A stretch of DNA of 64,000 nt from a virus (lineage: Duplodnaviria > Caudoviricetes), in the IMG/VR virus record IMGVR_UViG_3300046170_000323; one strand, 5' to 3'. Made by a program: the position numbers and the translations under genes. The notes below the pieces were generated by a model. That model did no database searches and was not told where the DNA came from. It saw only the letters and a list, made by a program, of their open reading frames with translations. Of this stretch, positions 49,284 through 57,809 are shown piece by piece; the stretch's first letter is position 1; every line of letters starts with the position of its first letter.

Positions 49284-49291
49284 TATTTATA
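49284..49291 (-). promoter_or_regulatory. T4-type late promoter (gp18)
   Basis: TATAAATA. Confidence 0.75.
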
Positions 49292-49303
49292 AAAACAAAA
49301 GGT

Positions 49304-50914
49304 TTAAAATAACCAGTCCTCATCCTGTCTCTTCACAGGTTGGAATCCAGCCTGTGGCAAGTCTTCACCTACGTCTATAAATCCAAATGGAAGTAAATCT
49401 TCTTCTATTTGTTCATCTGTCTTTTCTCTCAACTTCATCATCGTGTTGATATCTGTCAAATCTTTAAAGTAAAGTTGATCAGTTAACCACGAGAATATTA
49501 CCAAATTCATTACCAAATCATCATGTGCGCCAGATTCTGCTTCGTAAGATACACCCTTTTTCGAGAAACGTGATAATTCCTGAATTGTATTAAAGTCTTG
49601 TAAGATCAATTGTTCTTGCTCTATCAACATTTTTAAGATAGAACATCCCACCGATTTTACACTTTTTGTTGTTCTTATGCCATTGTCTACGCCACGTCCG
49701 AATCCACTTGATATCCTCTTTCCCATTCGCCCAGCGTTTTCTGTATAAAGAATATTTTCATATCCGTAGTCCATCAATAAAACATCTGCAACCTGTTCTC
49801 CGATATCATTGATCTCGACAAGAACAGCGGCCTCGTGATATAACATTCCTACTCTATATATAATAGACGCATAGTCCACCGGCGTGATGTAGTTATCACG
49901 AAAAACGCATATTTGTTTATAAGGCATTTCCGATATATCAATAACACAGAATGTAGAGTAATCCAATCCTTTGCCTCTAGATACGTCCACGGTAATAACA
50001 TAAGTGTGGTCTTGTAAAGGTTTTTCGTACTGGACGAGACCTTCTTGTTCTGCTATTGGTTGATTGTATGTCAAGGTTTTTAACTTTGCACCATTGATCA
50101 ACGTACCAGAACTGCCCAGAAACTCGCAACAATATTCTTGTCTGAATTTCTGTTCATCATGATCTAACGCTTCAAGAGTTTCTTGTCTCCAAGCCTCGTC
50201 ACGTCCTGGCACATCTGACCAGTTGACTTCAACATAATCATAACCATTCGTACCTTCTTTTGCACCCTTACAGGTTTTATAGAAGTGATTCAACCCATTT
50301 GGTGTTGATGTCATCAAAAGTTTTGTTGACTCACCAGATGAGATAGTTGGGTAAACAGATGCGAAGAACTCATCGTATCCTTCAATGAATGCAACCTCAT
50401 CAAGATAGAGGAAGTTCACAGATTTACCACGAATTGCACTAGAAGATGTTGTCCCTGCGAGGACTTGACATCCATTCTCTAATGCGATATTTCCTTTGTT
50501 CCATTCTTCAACACCTTGTTGCATCCACTTTGGTAATGCTTCGTATGCGAGTTTGACACGTGCCATAACTTCTTTGGCAGCGTCACCTTTGTTCGCAAGG
50601 ATTGCGACTGTCTTGAACTCGTTGAATAAAATGTAATGAAGAATAACTGCAGTCGCTGTTGTTGTCTTACCAGACTGTCGTGCAGTTAGAACTGCAACAC
50701 GGCGACCATTAGTAATTTTGTTTGTGATGTCTTCTTGGTAATCGTACATATTAAAAGGAACCAATCCTCTGTCAACGTGTACAATTTTAATATATGTTTT
50801 TGCAAAGTAAATAGGATCGTCTGCACACTTCATATACTCTTTGAGCATATCAGGTGTCCATTCTATTTGTTCGCCAATTCGTTTTAAGTTTACATTACCA
50901 AGATAACCTTGCAT
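49304..50914 (-). CDS. gp17: Terminase large subunit gp17
   Basis: ARQSGKTT, YLDEVAF, STPNGLNHF, DVSRG, HDDLVM. Confidence 0.97.
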   Translation of the reverse strand: MQGYLGNVNLKRIGEQIEWTPDMLKEYMKCADDPIYFAKTYIKIVHVDRGLVPFNMYDYQEDITNKITNGRRVAVLTARQSGKTTTATAVILHYILFNEFKTVAILANKGDAAKEVMARVKLAYEALPKWMQQGVEEWNKGNIALENGCQVLAGTTSSSAIRGKSVNFLYLDEVAFIEGYDEFFASVYPTISSGESTKLLMTSTPNGLNHFYKTCKGAKEGTNGYDYVEVNWSDVPGRDEAWRQETLEALDHDEQKFRQEYCCEFLGSSGTLINGAKLKTLTYNQPIAEQEGLVQYEKPLQDHTYVITVDVSRGKGLDYSTFCVIDISEMPYKQICVFRDNYITPVDYASIIYRVGMLYHEAAVLVEINDIGEQVADVLLMDYGYENILYTENAGRMGKRISSGFGRGVDNGIRTTKSVKSVGCSILKMLIEQEQLILQDFNTIQELSRFSKKGVSYEAESGAHDDLVMNLVIFSWLTDQLYFKDLTDINTMMKLREKTDEQIEEDLLPFGFIDVGEDLPQAGFQPVKRQDEDWLF

Positions 50915-50919
50915 GGTTT

Positions 50920-51582
50920 CTATCCACCATCCTTGATCATTTTTAAGAGATCTGCAGTAGATACAATTAAGTTATTGTTTGTGATATTGGTCTCTTTCGG
51001 GCCATGTACCTTCTCTTCCTCTGCAAATTTCTTTTTAGAAGAAAGATCTACAAATTCCTTGTTTGCATCTAGTAGTGTCTTCATGAGAGTCGAAACCACC
51101 TCGAATGCACGAGGCGATTCCGACTGCTTTGCAATTGAAACCATTTCTTGTACTGCATCGTCTCCCATCTCAATGATGTTTTGAACATTCTGTTTAGCGA
51201 GTTCAATATCTTTGAGATTCTCGTCTGACTCTGCAGGTAGAACCAGATTGGTGTCTCCTGTTACTGTTACGGCAGTTTCACACTCACCACAACAATTTTC
51301 AGTTCCACAATCTGGGTGGTCTTCTAAGCGTACCTCTCCTTTAGTAACCTCAATACCGTCTTGCGTCTGCGTCGATCCTTTTGTTTCCTTATTCGACGCC
51401 AATTCAGATTCCTCATGTACTGTGGAACCCTCTTGTCTATCCTCGTCAGTTTGACTCTGTTTTCTATTAGATCCGAATCCTCCAGTAGATCGATTATCCG
51501 TATCTGGTTGTATAGTGTCCTCTGCTTGAGCTTCTGCAAGTGTTCGTACTCCCAATGTTGATGAAATTGTATCGTCAATCAT
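50920..51582 (-). CDS. gp16: Terminase small subunit gp16 with long acidic N-terminal extension
   Basis: C-terminal AKQSESPRAFEVV...NNNLIVSTADLLK; directly upstream of gp17. Confidence 0.8.
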   Translation of the reverse strand: MIDDTISSTLGVRTLAEAQAEDTIQPDTDNRSTGGFGSNRKQSQTDEDRQEGSTVHEESELASNKETKGSTQTQDGIEVTKGEVRLEDHPDCGTENCCGECETAVTVTGDTNLVLPAESDENLKDIELAKQNVQNIIEMGDDAVQEMVSIAKQSESPRAFEVVSTLMKTLLDANKEFVDLSSKKKFAEEEKVHGPKETNITNNNLIVSTADLLKMIKDGG

Positions 51583-52403
51583 GGCGTGTTCACCTCTATC
51601 ACATTAATAACTCCCCAGTCGTCATCGAATTCGATCTGCGTATATGGGATTGTATTCGCAACGTCTGTTGTTGGAGTTCCGTTTGCTGTTAGACCTGGCT
51701 GTGTTGTGTACCTTTCTTGATAGGTGTCGTCGATAGAGGCAGTTGGACTAGTGTTTTGAGTAACCTTAACATCTACAAACTTAATCACTGGTTTCTCTCT
51801 GTCTGGCCCGAAGTACCATGCCTTCATAGTAAATCCTAGTGTATAAAGGACTGACTGTCTCTCTGTAAAGTCGCCTTCATAAATCTCTTCTGTGGTCACA
51901 CTGTTTAGAATCAAAGGAATATCGACTGGTTCGATATCATCAATAATCTTTACAGTAGACGTAAAGTCTGGATTGAAAAACGGAACAATCTGTTCCATTA
52001 GTTTCGCAGCATCTTCTGAATACTTGGTCATAATATATAGGGAGAATTCAAGGTTGTATGGAACACCTGCGTAAACAAAACCTCGACCAGTTGCACCACT
52101 TTCAATGGTTTGTTTTCTGATCTTCATCGTTGGATTGATTTTACGTTCGCCATCGTATTGCATACTGTTCAGTTCGAACGACATTCTTGGCAACGTAATT
52201 GCTGAGGGTTGATTCAAATCTGGATCTTGCGTAGATCTCGCAAGAACTTTCTGGAACGGTGCATAAGAAATTGGTACGATCATCTCTTGGATCTGCGCAC
52301 CTGCACTATTCGTTCTCTGAATTTTTAACTGATTAAAATAAGTACCAAAGAGGGCTACATATTTTCTTGTAGTTTGATTATAGAAATAATTTGCTATTGC
52401 CAT
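51579..52403 (-). CDS. gp15: Tail terminator/sheath stabilizer gp15
   Basis: VPISYAP, LPRMSFE, VPYNL.F.L, EQIVPFFNP. Confidence 0.92.
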   Translation of the reverse strand: MAIANYFYNQTTRKYVALFGTYFNQLKIQRTNSAGAQIQEMIVPISYAPFQKVLARSTQDPDLNQPSAITLPRMSFELNSMQYDGERKINPTMKIRKQTIESGATGRGFVYAGVPYNLEFSLYIMTKYSEDAAKLMEQIVPFFNPDFTSTVKIIDDIEPVDIPLILNSVTTEEIYEGDFTERQSVLYTLGFTMKAWYFGPDREKPVIKFVDVKVTQNTSPTASIDDTYQERYTTQPGLTANGTPTTDVANTIPYTQIEFDDDWGVINVIEVNTP

Positions 52404-52411
52404 CTGGTCAC

Positions 52412-53119
52412 CTATGTGTTAGATACTGGATTATCATCTGGTATCGAAATCAATTCACTGAACGGATCGATCTCTGAGAAGTCGATAATACCATCTGCAT
52501 CTTTTTCGAAGAAGAAGTTATCTGCAATTGGATCTGTATTCGCAAGTGCTTCAAGAGTTGCAACATTTGCAGTACCACCAGTTGTAGTAACGATATCCTT
52601 CATTATATTGTCGATGTGTTGATAACCAGTTTCGATACGCTCGTTACTGTATTCCATCAACTCGCATTTCAAATCATATGTCTGTAGAGATCCCATCTGA
52701 TAGAATACAGACTCATGTTCTACATGCATGACCTTAAACAGTTTACCATTGATTGGGAAGTAGATTAGATCCCCTTCCAGTGGGCGTTTCTGTTGTGGTT
52801 CATCTTTAGTGACATAACGTTCGAATGTACGAACCGCCACAGAAAAGGTAACTTGGTCTCTGATCTGCAAACCAAACTTCGATAGGAAGTCACCTTCACC
52901 TTCAAAACCTTCGACATTTTTGACATACATTTCCATCTTGAACAGACGGTTGTAAAGAGGTGTGTCATCCTCATTTAAAATATTATCGACAGAACCTGCA
53001 GTACGAGGCAAGAATTCAACATCCACACCGTACATACGGATAGATTCGATCACCAGATCGTCAATGAGATTCTGTTCATTGAAATGTCCGTAGTTACGGA
53101 AGAATGCGTTCGTTGCCAT
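52412..53119 (-). CDS. gp14: Neck protein gp14
   Basis: EQNLIDDLVIESI, FLSKFGLQI, RPLEGDLIYFP. Confidence 0.93.
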   Translation of the reverse strand: MATNAFFRNYGHFNEQNLIDDLVIESIRMYGVDVEFLPRTAGSVDNILNEDDTPLYNRLFKMEMYVKNVEGFEGEGDFLSKFGLQIRDQVTFSVAVRTFERYVTKDEPQQKRPLEGDLIYFPINGKLFKVMHVEHESVFYQMGSLQTYDLKCELMEYSNERIETGYQHIDNIMKDIVTTTGGTANVATLEALANTDPIADNFFFEKDADGIIDFSEIDPFSELISIPDDNPVSNT

Positions 53120-53122
53120 GTC

Positions 53123-53866
53123 TTAACCAATAAAGTTATATGTGAGGGGTTGAAGATTGGAGATTGCTTCTTCTTCCATCTTCTCTCGTTCTGCACGTGC
53201 CTCCTGTAGGATCTGTTCGCCGTTAAACTGAACCCCACCCACAAGTTGCATGTTTGTGAACTTAGTAAGGTTCATTCCCCATTGTTCACGAACAAGTACT
53301 GATGCATAGTTCTGCAACCATCTGTCACTCCAGACATCTGGATATGTGCCAGCATCAATTACATCATATGCTTCAACAACAATGTAATCACCCACAACAA
53401 AGAGATCTTTCTCAATATCTATGTGAAGTCTATTAACGTGTCTATTATAACGAATGAGTGGTTTTCCAACTAACACTTCTTGCAACATGTCTAGGTGTTG
53501 CATACTCATGTAATAGTTTGTGATATTATAACCTGTAATGTCTTCAAGGTTGTTGAGTACGTATTGATAGGAAACGTTAAAGATACCAGTGCCTGAAGAG
53601 ATTGCAGACTTTAAATCGAACACACGAGAGATACCCAGAATATCCTGAGGCAATGGGAAATACCCATTGTCGATATCGTCCTGTGTAATTTGGTGTTTGA
53701 GATAAACAAGTTGACTACCATTATAATGATAGTCACGCCAGAATGAGACTGCTTCGTCTATACGGTCTTCTACTTGTTCCTCAGAAACATTGACTTCGAT
53801 AACTGGTGCGCCGATTTTACGAAGGATGTGTTCTACAAATTCTTGCCTTGTGGTTGGCTGTGCCAT
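53123..53866 (-). CDS. gp13: Neck protein gp13
   Basis: LRKIGAPVIEVNV, QWGMNLTKF..QLVGGV.FNG. Confidence 0.93.
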   Translation of the reverse strand: MAQPTTRQEFVEHILRKIGAPVIEVNVSEEQVEDRIDEAVSFWRDYHYNGSQLVYLKHQITQDDIDNGYFPLPQDILGISRVFDLKSAISSGTGIFNVSYQYVLNNLEDITGYNITNYYMSMQHLDMLQEVLVGKPLIRYNRHVNRLHIDIEKDLFVVGDYIVVEAYDVIDAGTYPDVWSDRWLQNYASVLVREQWGMNLTKFTNMQLVGGVQFNGEQILQEARAEREKMEEEAISNLQPLTYNFIG

Positions 53867-53902
53867 GATACGTTCCCTATGAACTTTTATTTGCTTTCTA
53901 GA

Positions 53903-53910
53903 TATTTATA
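53903..53910 (-). promoter_or_regulatory. T4-type late promoter (gp13)
   Basis: TATAAATA. Confidence 0.75.
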
Positions 53911-54682
53911 ATAGACGGCGTTCTATGTCCTCTTCACTTAATTCATTTCCTTGCCATACTTCAATAACTTTGACAGGAACAGAACCAACGTTGGTTGCTT
54001 TATGCCACGTTCTAACAGGAATGTCAATACTATCACCTCTTTTATATATCTTTGAGGTTTTGTATTCGTTCGGAAACTCTAATTGCATTTTAAGTTCACC
54101 ACTAACAATGTGCCAGTGTTCTGAACGAATGAAGTGACGTTGATCTGATAGAGACTTACCTACATCAATTGAAAGTTCCTTAACTCTCCAGTAACCGTTT
54201 GTATCAAGAACAGTGTAAGTTCCCCACTTACGATTTACTTTTGGGTTCTTCCATTCCTTTAAGATCCAAGACGAAGAGTTCTTTTTATCTTCGCCACCAA
54301 CTCCGAATTGGAAAGATAGATTAGAAGATTCAACTTCCATCTCAGGTATGTTACCCGAAGTTCTATCTCCACCATTCGCAAATATGACATCATCTGTCTT
54401 ATATTCCTCACACATGTCCTCCACGAACTTTTTACAACTACCGTCTGCATCATACTCATCCGTAAAGATACAGATATTATCTACACATGATAATTCTTTA
54501 ACAATGGATGCACGTTCTTGGACAGGCATGAAGGAACGCCCCTTCTTTCTCTCCAACCATGCATCACTGTTGATACCTACAATTAGATGATCACCAAGTG
54601 CACGTGCTTTTTTAAAGTATTCAATATGTCCAGAGTGTAGGGGATCAAATCCACCCGATACCAAAACAACTTTCAAATTCAT
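53906..54682 (-). CDS. Cytidylyltransferase-like (HxGH) domain fused to a mannose-6-phosphate isomerase type II-like cupin
   Basis: SGGFDPLHSGH, FANGGDR, KKNSSS; then RKWG.Y, SDQRH..RSEHW, IEVWQG..LSEEDIER; ATG 54682. Confidence 0.85.
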   Translation of the reverse strand: MNLKVVLVSGGFDPLHSGHIEYFKKARALGDHLIVGINSDAWLERKKGRSFMPVQERASIVKELSCVDNICIFTDEYDADGSCKKFVEDMCEEYKTDDVIFANGGDRTSGNIPEMEVESSNLSFQFGVGGEDKKNSSSWILKEWKNPKVNRKWGTYTVLDTNGYWRVKELSIDVGKSLSDQRHFIRSEHWHIVSGELKMQLEFPNEYKTSKIYKRGDSIDIPVRTWHKATNVGSVPVKVIEVWQGNELSEEDIERRLL

Positions 54683-55912
54683 TACTCCTCTCTGTTGACG
54701 AGATATTCCCAAAAGAAGTTACTTTCTGATGCAGAGAAAAGTCTCTGTGGAATTTTGTTTGCAATAGACTTATGAACAAACCAATCCTCGTAAGGAACGC
54801 CTGGCCTGAAACAAAGGTTTTGACAAACAATCTCATAACCATTATCATGCATTATCTGTCTTGCTTCTGCACGAATGGCGGGATCAAGTCTGTAAGCATC
54901 ATGTTCGAACTGAACGACATTAAATTTAAATCTTCCAAACGGCATGTTCCTTAGAACTTGTATAGAAGTTTCATCAGTATCTATCTGAAGAAAGTCAATG
55001 GTACTTTCCATACAATGTTTTACGAGTAGATCCTCAAAGTCAACTTCCAAAGCATTTGCATTGATAATAGTGTTGTTTCTGCGTTGTGCAAAATCATATG
55101 CAAGATGTGCAGACCATTCTATAGATATGCCTTTCCAGTCGAACTTAGTTTCAAGTAGTGCAGTGTTATTGTGAGTAAAAGGATTACCAGATCCGATTTC
55201 AAGATATGTACCATTACGTTTACCATCTAAACAAGCGAGAACAAACATGTCTTGCATGTGTTTAGAGTAGTTCTCTTCAATAGATTCGATTCCATTAAAC
55301 GGAGCTGCAAATCTCTTTTGATCTCCTAGTTGATATGGGACTGCATCTGGCCAACCAATCTTTTCTAGGACTTGAAGAATGTATTCTTTAAACTCGTCGT
55401 AAGTATCATCCTTCTTATATCTTTTTCTATATATCAAGTCGAAGAACAATCGACGACCACTCTCCACACCAGAAATCTGCCAAGTTGCATGTGCCTGAAG
55501 ATACCACAACTCTCTGTCGCCTGGCCAGTCAATACCAACGTCTGGTGCGTTTCTAAACTGTAACGCTAAGTTTGCGTGTACAAGAACAACTCTCCAGTCA
55601 CCCATATTCTCCCCATGTTTGGCGAGAAAGAAATGTCCTTCTGGTCTGGCAGGTTGAAGTGCAATAGCATGTTGTAAAAGACCAGTTACTGTGTGATTAC
55701 GTCCGCCCTGTCTTTGATAACATAGAGCTGCACCAATCATACACCTGTACTGGAGTAGTTTATCTTTTTCTTCAAGATCTGCCGCACGAATGTAGAATGA
55801 CACAGCGGCAGCGCCCCTGTTCTAGTCTATCATACTCACATGCGAGTTCATACATCTTCTGCGTATTCTTTGGATCAAATACGTGTTCGTTTAATAGTTG
55901 TTGTAGATCCAT
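54682..55912 (-). CDS. TPR-like N-domain plus FkbM-like methyltransferase (~409 aa); +1 at cccc 55814-55817
   Basis: QDMFVL, TYLEIGSG.P...NNT, DFLQIDTD, FEHDAY; repaired start MDLQQLLNEH. Confidence 0.7.
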
Positions 55913-55914
55913 TA

Positions 55915-56952
55915 TCACCCTCTCATCAAAAACTCATGAAAGACCTCTGCAGGTAATTCAAGAACAAAACATGCGTTGTCTTGCAACCCATAAGATATGT
56001 ATACTTTATTATTATGAAAAACCATTCCAGTGGCGAATTCAATATGAAAACTATTTCCTGTCACTGGATCTGTCTGAGTGCCCATGAAATGAAATTCTTG
56101 TGTGTGGTGAACAATATTCCAATCGTTATCCCAAACAATCGCACGATGTACATAGTGTCCATCTTTTCTTCCAAAAACATCCTTGCCAAGATCTACTTCA
56201 TGTGATATCGTAATACGTCTATCTTCAGACAATCGAAGGACTTGCGTCCCACCTCGAACATCTCTAGGCATTGGGATTTTACTGTTCTCATCTAAGACTG
56301 CAGTCTCAGTAGTACCCTCATCAATATTAAACTTGATTACTTCTGTGGGGTTTGTCCATTTAACAAAGTGATAAGGCATGTCAAGAACAGGAACCCAGTT
56401 CTTTTCACAATAAGTTTCATTAGGTGGGGGAGCGGGAATTGGGTGTCGTGCAATCTCTTTCCAGTTACCCCATTCATCCTGTACTATCTCTTGCATCTCC
56501 ATACGACCTTTGCCGTTTGAATCATAACAATCACGTCTTACTCCACACAAGAAGATTCTATTATCCCATGAGAATAGTCTACCATCTTCAAGTCCGATAA
56601 AGTTCCAAGTAGGATCTGTGTCCAATTCTGAGGTATCAATTCTACCTGCAGAAATAACATTACAGTCATTGTCCAGTTCGCACATAACATTATATGTGGT
56701 AAGCGTGACATCAGTTTCTGGATGGATATAAGCGAGAGGCCCAAACTGGTGAGGGAACTTCTTTCCTTCACTATGATACAGGGTGTAGTTGACGTGACGA
56801 ATGTTCATCAACAATCTTCCATCGTGTAGATAGAGAGAGGGATTCATAATCCCTGTTTCGCCCGTCAGTTCTTTGGGGAGTGTAATTGGGTGTAACTTCC
56901 CACCTCTTTTCAAGGCAAAAGTTGCAAGCCCATACAGATGCATGTCGTGCAT
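55915..56952 (-). CDS. Five-bladed beta-propeller glycosidase/phosphorylase-like protein (GH130-like)
   Basis: MNPS, GLEDGRL, EKNWVP, RGGT, IEFATG, ISYG..D. Confidence 0.6.
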   Translation of the reverse strand: MHDMHLYGLATFALKRGGKLHPITLPKELTGETGIMNPSLYLHDGRLLMNIRHVNYTLYHSEGKKFPHQFGPLAYIHPETDVTLTTYNVMCELDNDCNVISAGRIDTSELDTDPTWNFIGLEDGRLFSWDNRIFLCGVRRDCYDSNGKGRMEMQEIVQDEWGNWKEIARHPIPAPPPNETYCEKNWVPVLDMPYHFVKWTNPTEVIKFNIDEGTTETAVLDENSKIPMPRDVRGGTQVLRLSEDRRITISHEVDLGKDVFGRKDGHYVHRAIVWDNDWNIVHHTQEFHFMGTQTDPVTGNSFHIEFATGMVFHNNKVYISYGLQDNACFVLELPAEVFHEFLMRG

Positions 56953-56985
56953 GACACCTCCATTATTAAAGTTTCATCAAATTGA

Positions 56986-57014
56986 ATTATAACAGATTAA
57001 AATAGGTTTGTCAA
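56986..57014 (-). promoter_or_regulatory. Sigma70-type promoter inside the late block
   Basis: TTGACA (57014-57009), 17 bp, TATAAT (56991-56986). Confidence 0.75.
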
Positions 57015-57343
57015 GACCAAGGTGGCGTTCTTACAATAGAGTTTTTCTTATCAACTCTTCTTATAATTATATCATCGATCTTAGCGATCTCGCCTGCAGT
57101 TAGTTTGTTTTCCAACCATCCCACAACAGTTTCCTGTGTAAGATCAAAGAAGTTAACAAATTCTCCTTCTTCAACTTCCTCTGCAGTAAACCATGTGTTA
57201 CCCAAGAAATTGTGAGTTACGCCATCCGTATCAGTACCAATTCGTTTCCAAACGGCACGAACAACGGCATTCTGAAGAGTCGCACCATCACTGTTGGTTT
57301 GATCCTTCGTTTCCATACTCACAATTTCCCAAGTAAAGTTCAT
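57011..57343 (-). CDS. Tail-fibre-associated small protein, paralog 2
   Basis: FTWEI...AVV...W..TDTDG...F..LTQETVVGW. Confidence 0.7.
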   Translation of the reverse strand: MNFTWEIVSMETKDQTNSDGATLQNAVVRAVWKRIGTDTDGVTHNFLGNTWFTAEEVEEGEFVNFFDLTQETVVGWLENKLTAGEIAKIDDIIIRRVDKKNSIVRTPPWS

Positions 57344-57354
57344 GACATTCTACC

Positions 57355-57774
57355 TTATTCTTCGCCATCGTCAGCAGAATCGTCTGCAGATGCTTCTGCT
57401 TCTGCATCCGCTGGAGCTGCCCAAGGTAGTGCTTTCTCTTCAATCTCTTCTGTAGTACCGAACTTTTCTTCGATGTCGAGTGTGAGACGTTCAGTGATGT
57501 GCTCCATGTAAGCTTCATCATTTTCTACAATGTTTCTGATCCACCCGATGACTGTATCCTCAGTCAAGTCGTCGAATGCGACGAAAGACCCTGCAGGTAC
57601 GTTTGCTGCAGAAAGAGGTGTTGCACCAGCCCAAGATCCACTCTGACCTGCAGAGTTAGTGCCTGTGATAGTCCAATGTGTTTGGTATACGGCACGATTG
57701 AGTGTTGCACCCTCGTGGTTAGTTTCGTCTTTAAGTTTAAGACTGTTGATTGCCCATGCATATGTAAGTGACAT
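57355..57774 (-). CDS. Tail-fibre-associated small protein, paralog 1
   Basis: YAWAI...AVY..HW..TGT.SAG...FDDLTEDTVIGW...LPW. Confidence 0.7.
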   Translation of the reverse strand: MSLTYAWAINSLKLKDETNHEGATLNRAVYQTHWTITGTNSAGQSGSWAGATPLSAANVPAGSFVAFDDLTEDTVIGWIRNIVENDEAYMEHITERLTLDIEEKFGTTEEIEEKALPWAAPADAEAEASADDSADDGEE

Positions 57775-57809
57775 AATTTTTTCTCCGATTTAAATTAAAA
57801 TATCTTGTT

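Noticed and set aside
2920-55817. Programmed ribosomal frameshifting or pseudogenisation as the explanation for the broken genes
   Set aside because: All breaks are +1 in short homopolymers with no shared slippery motif, and they hit essential genes (gp18 twice near its start); sequencing error is more parsimonious
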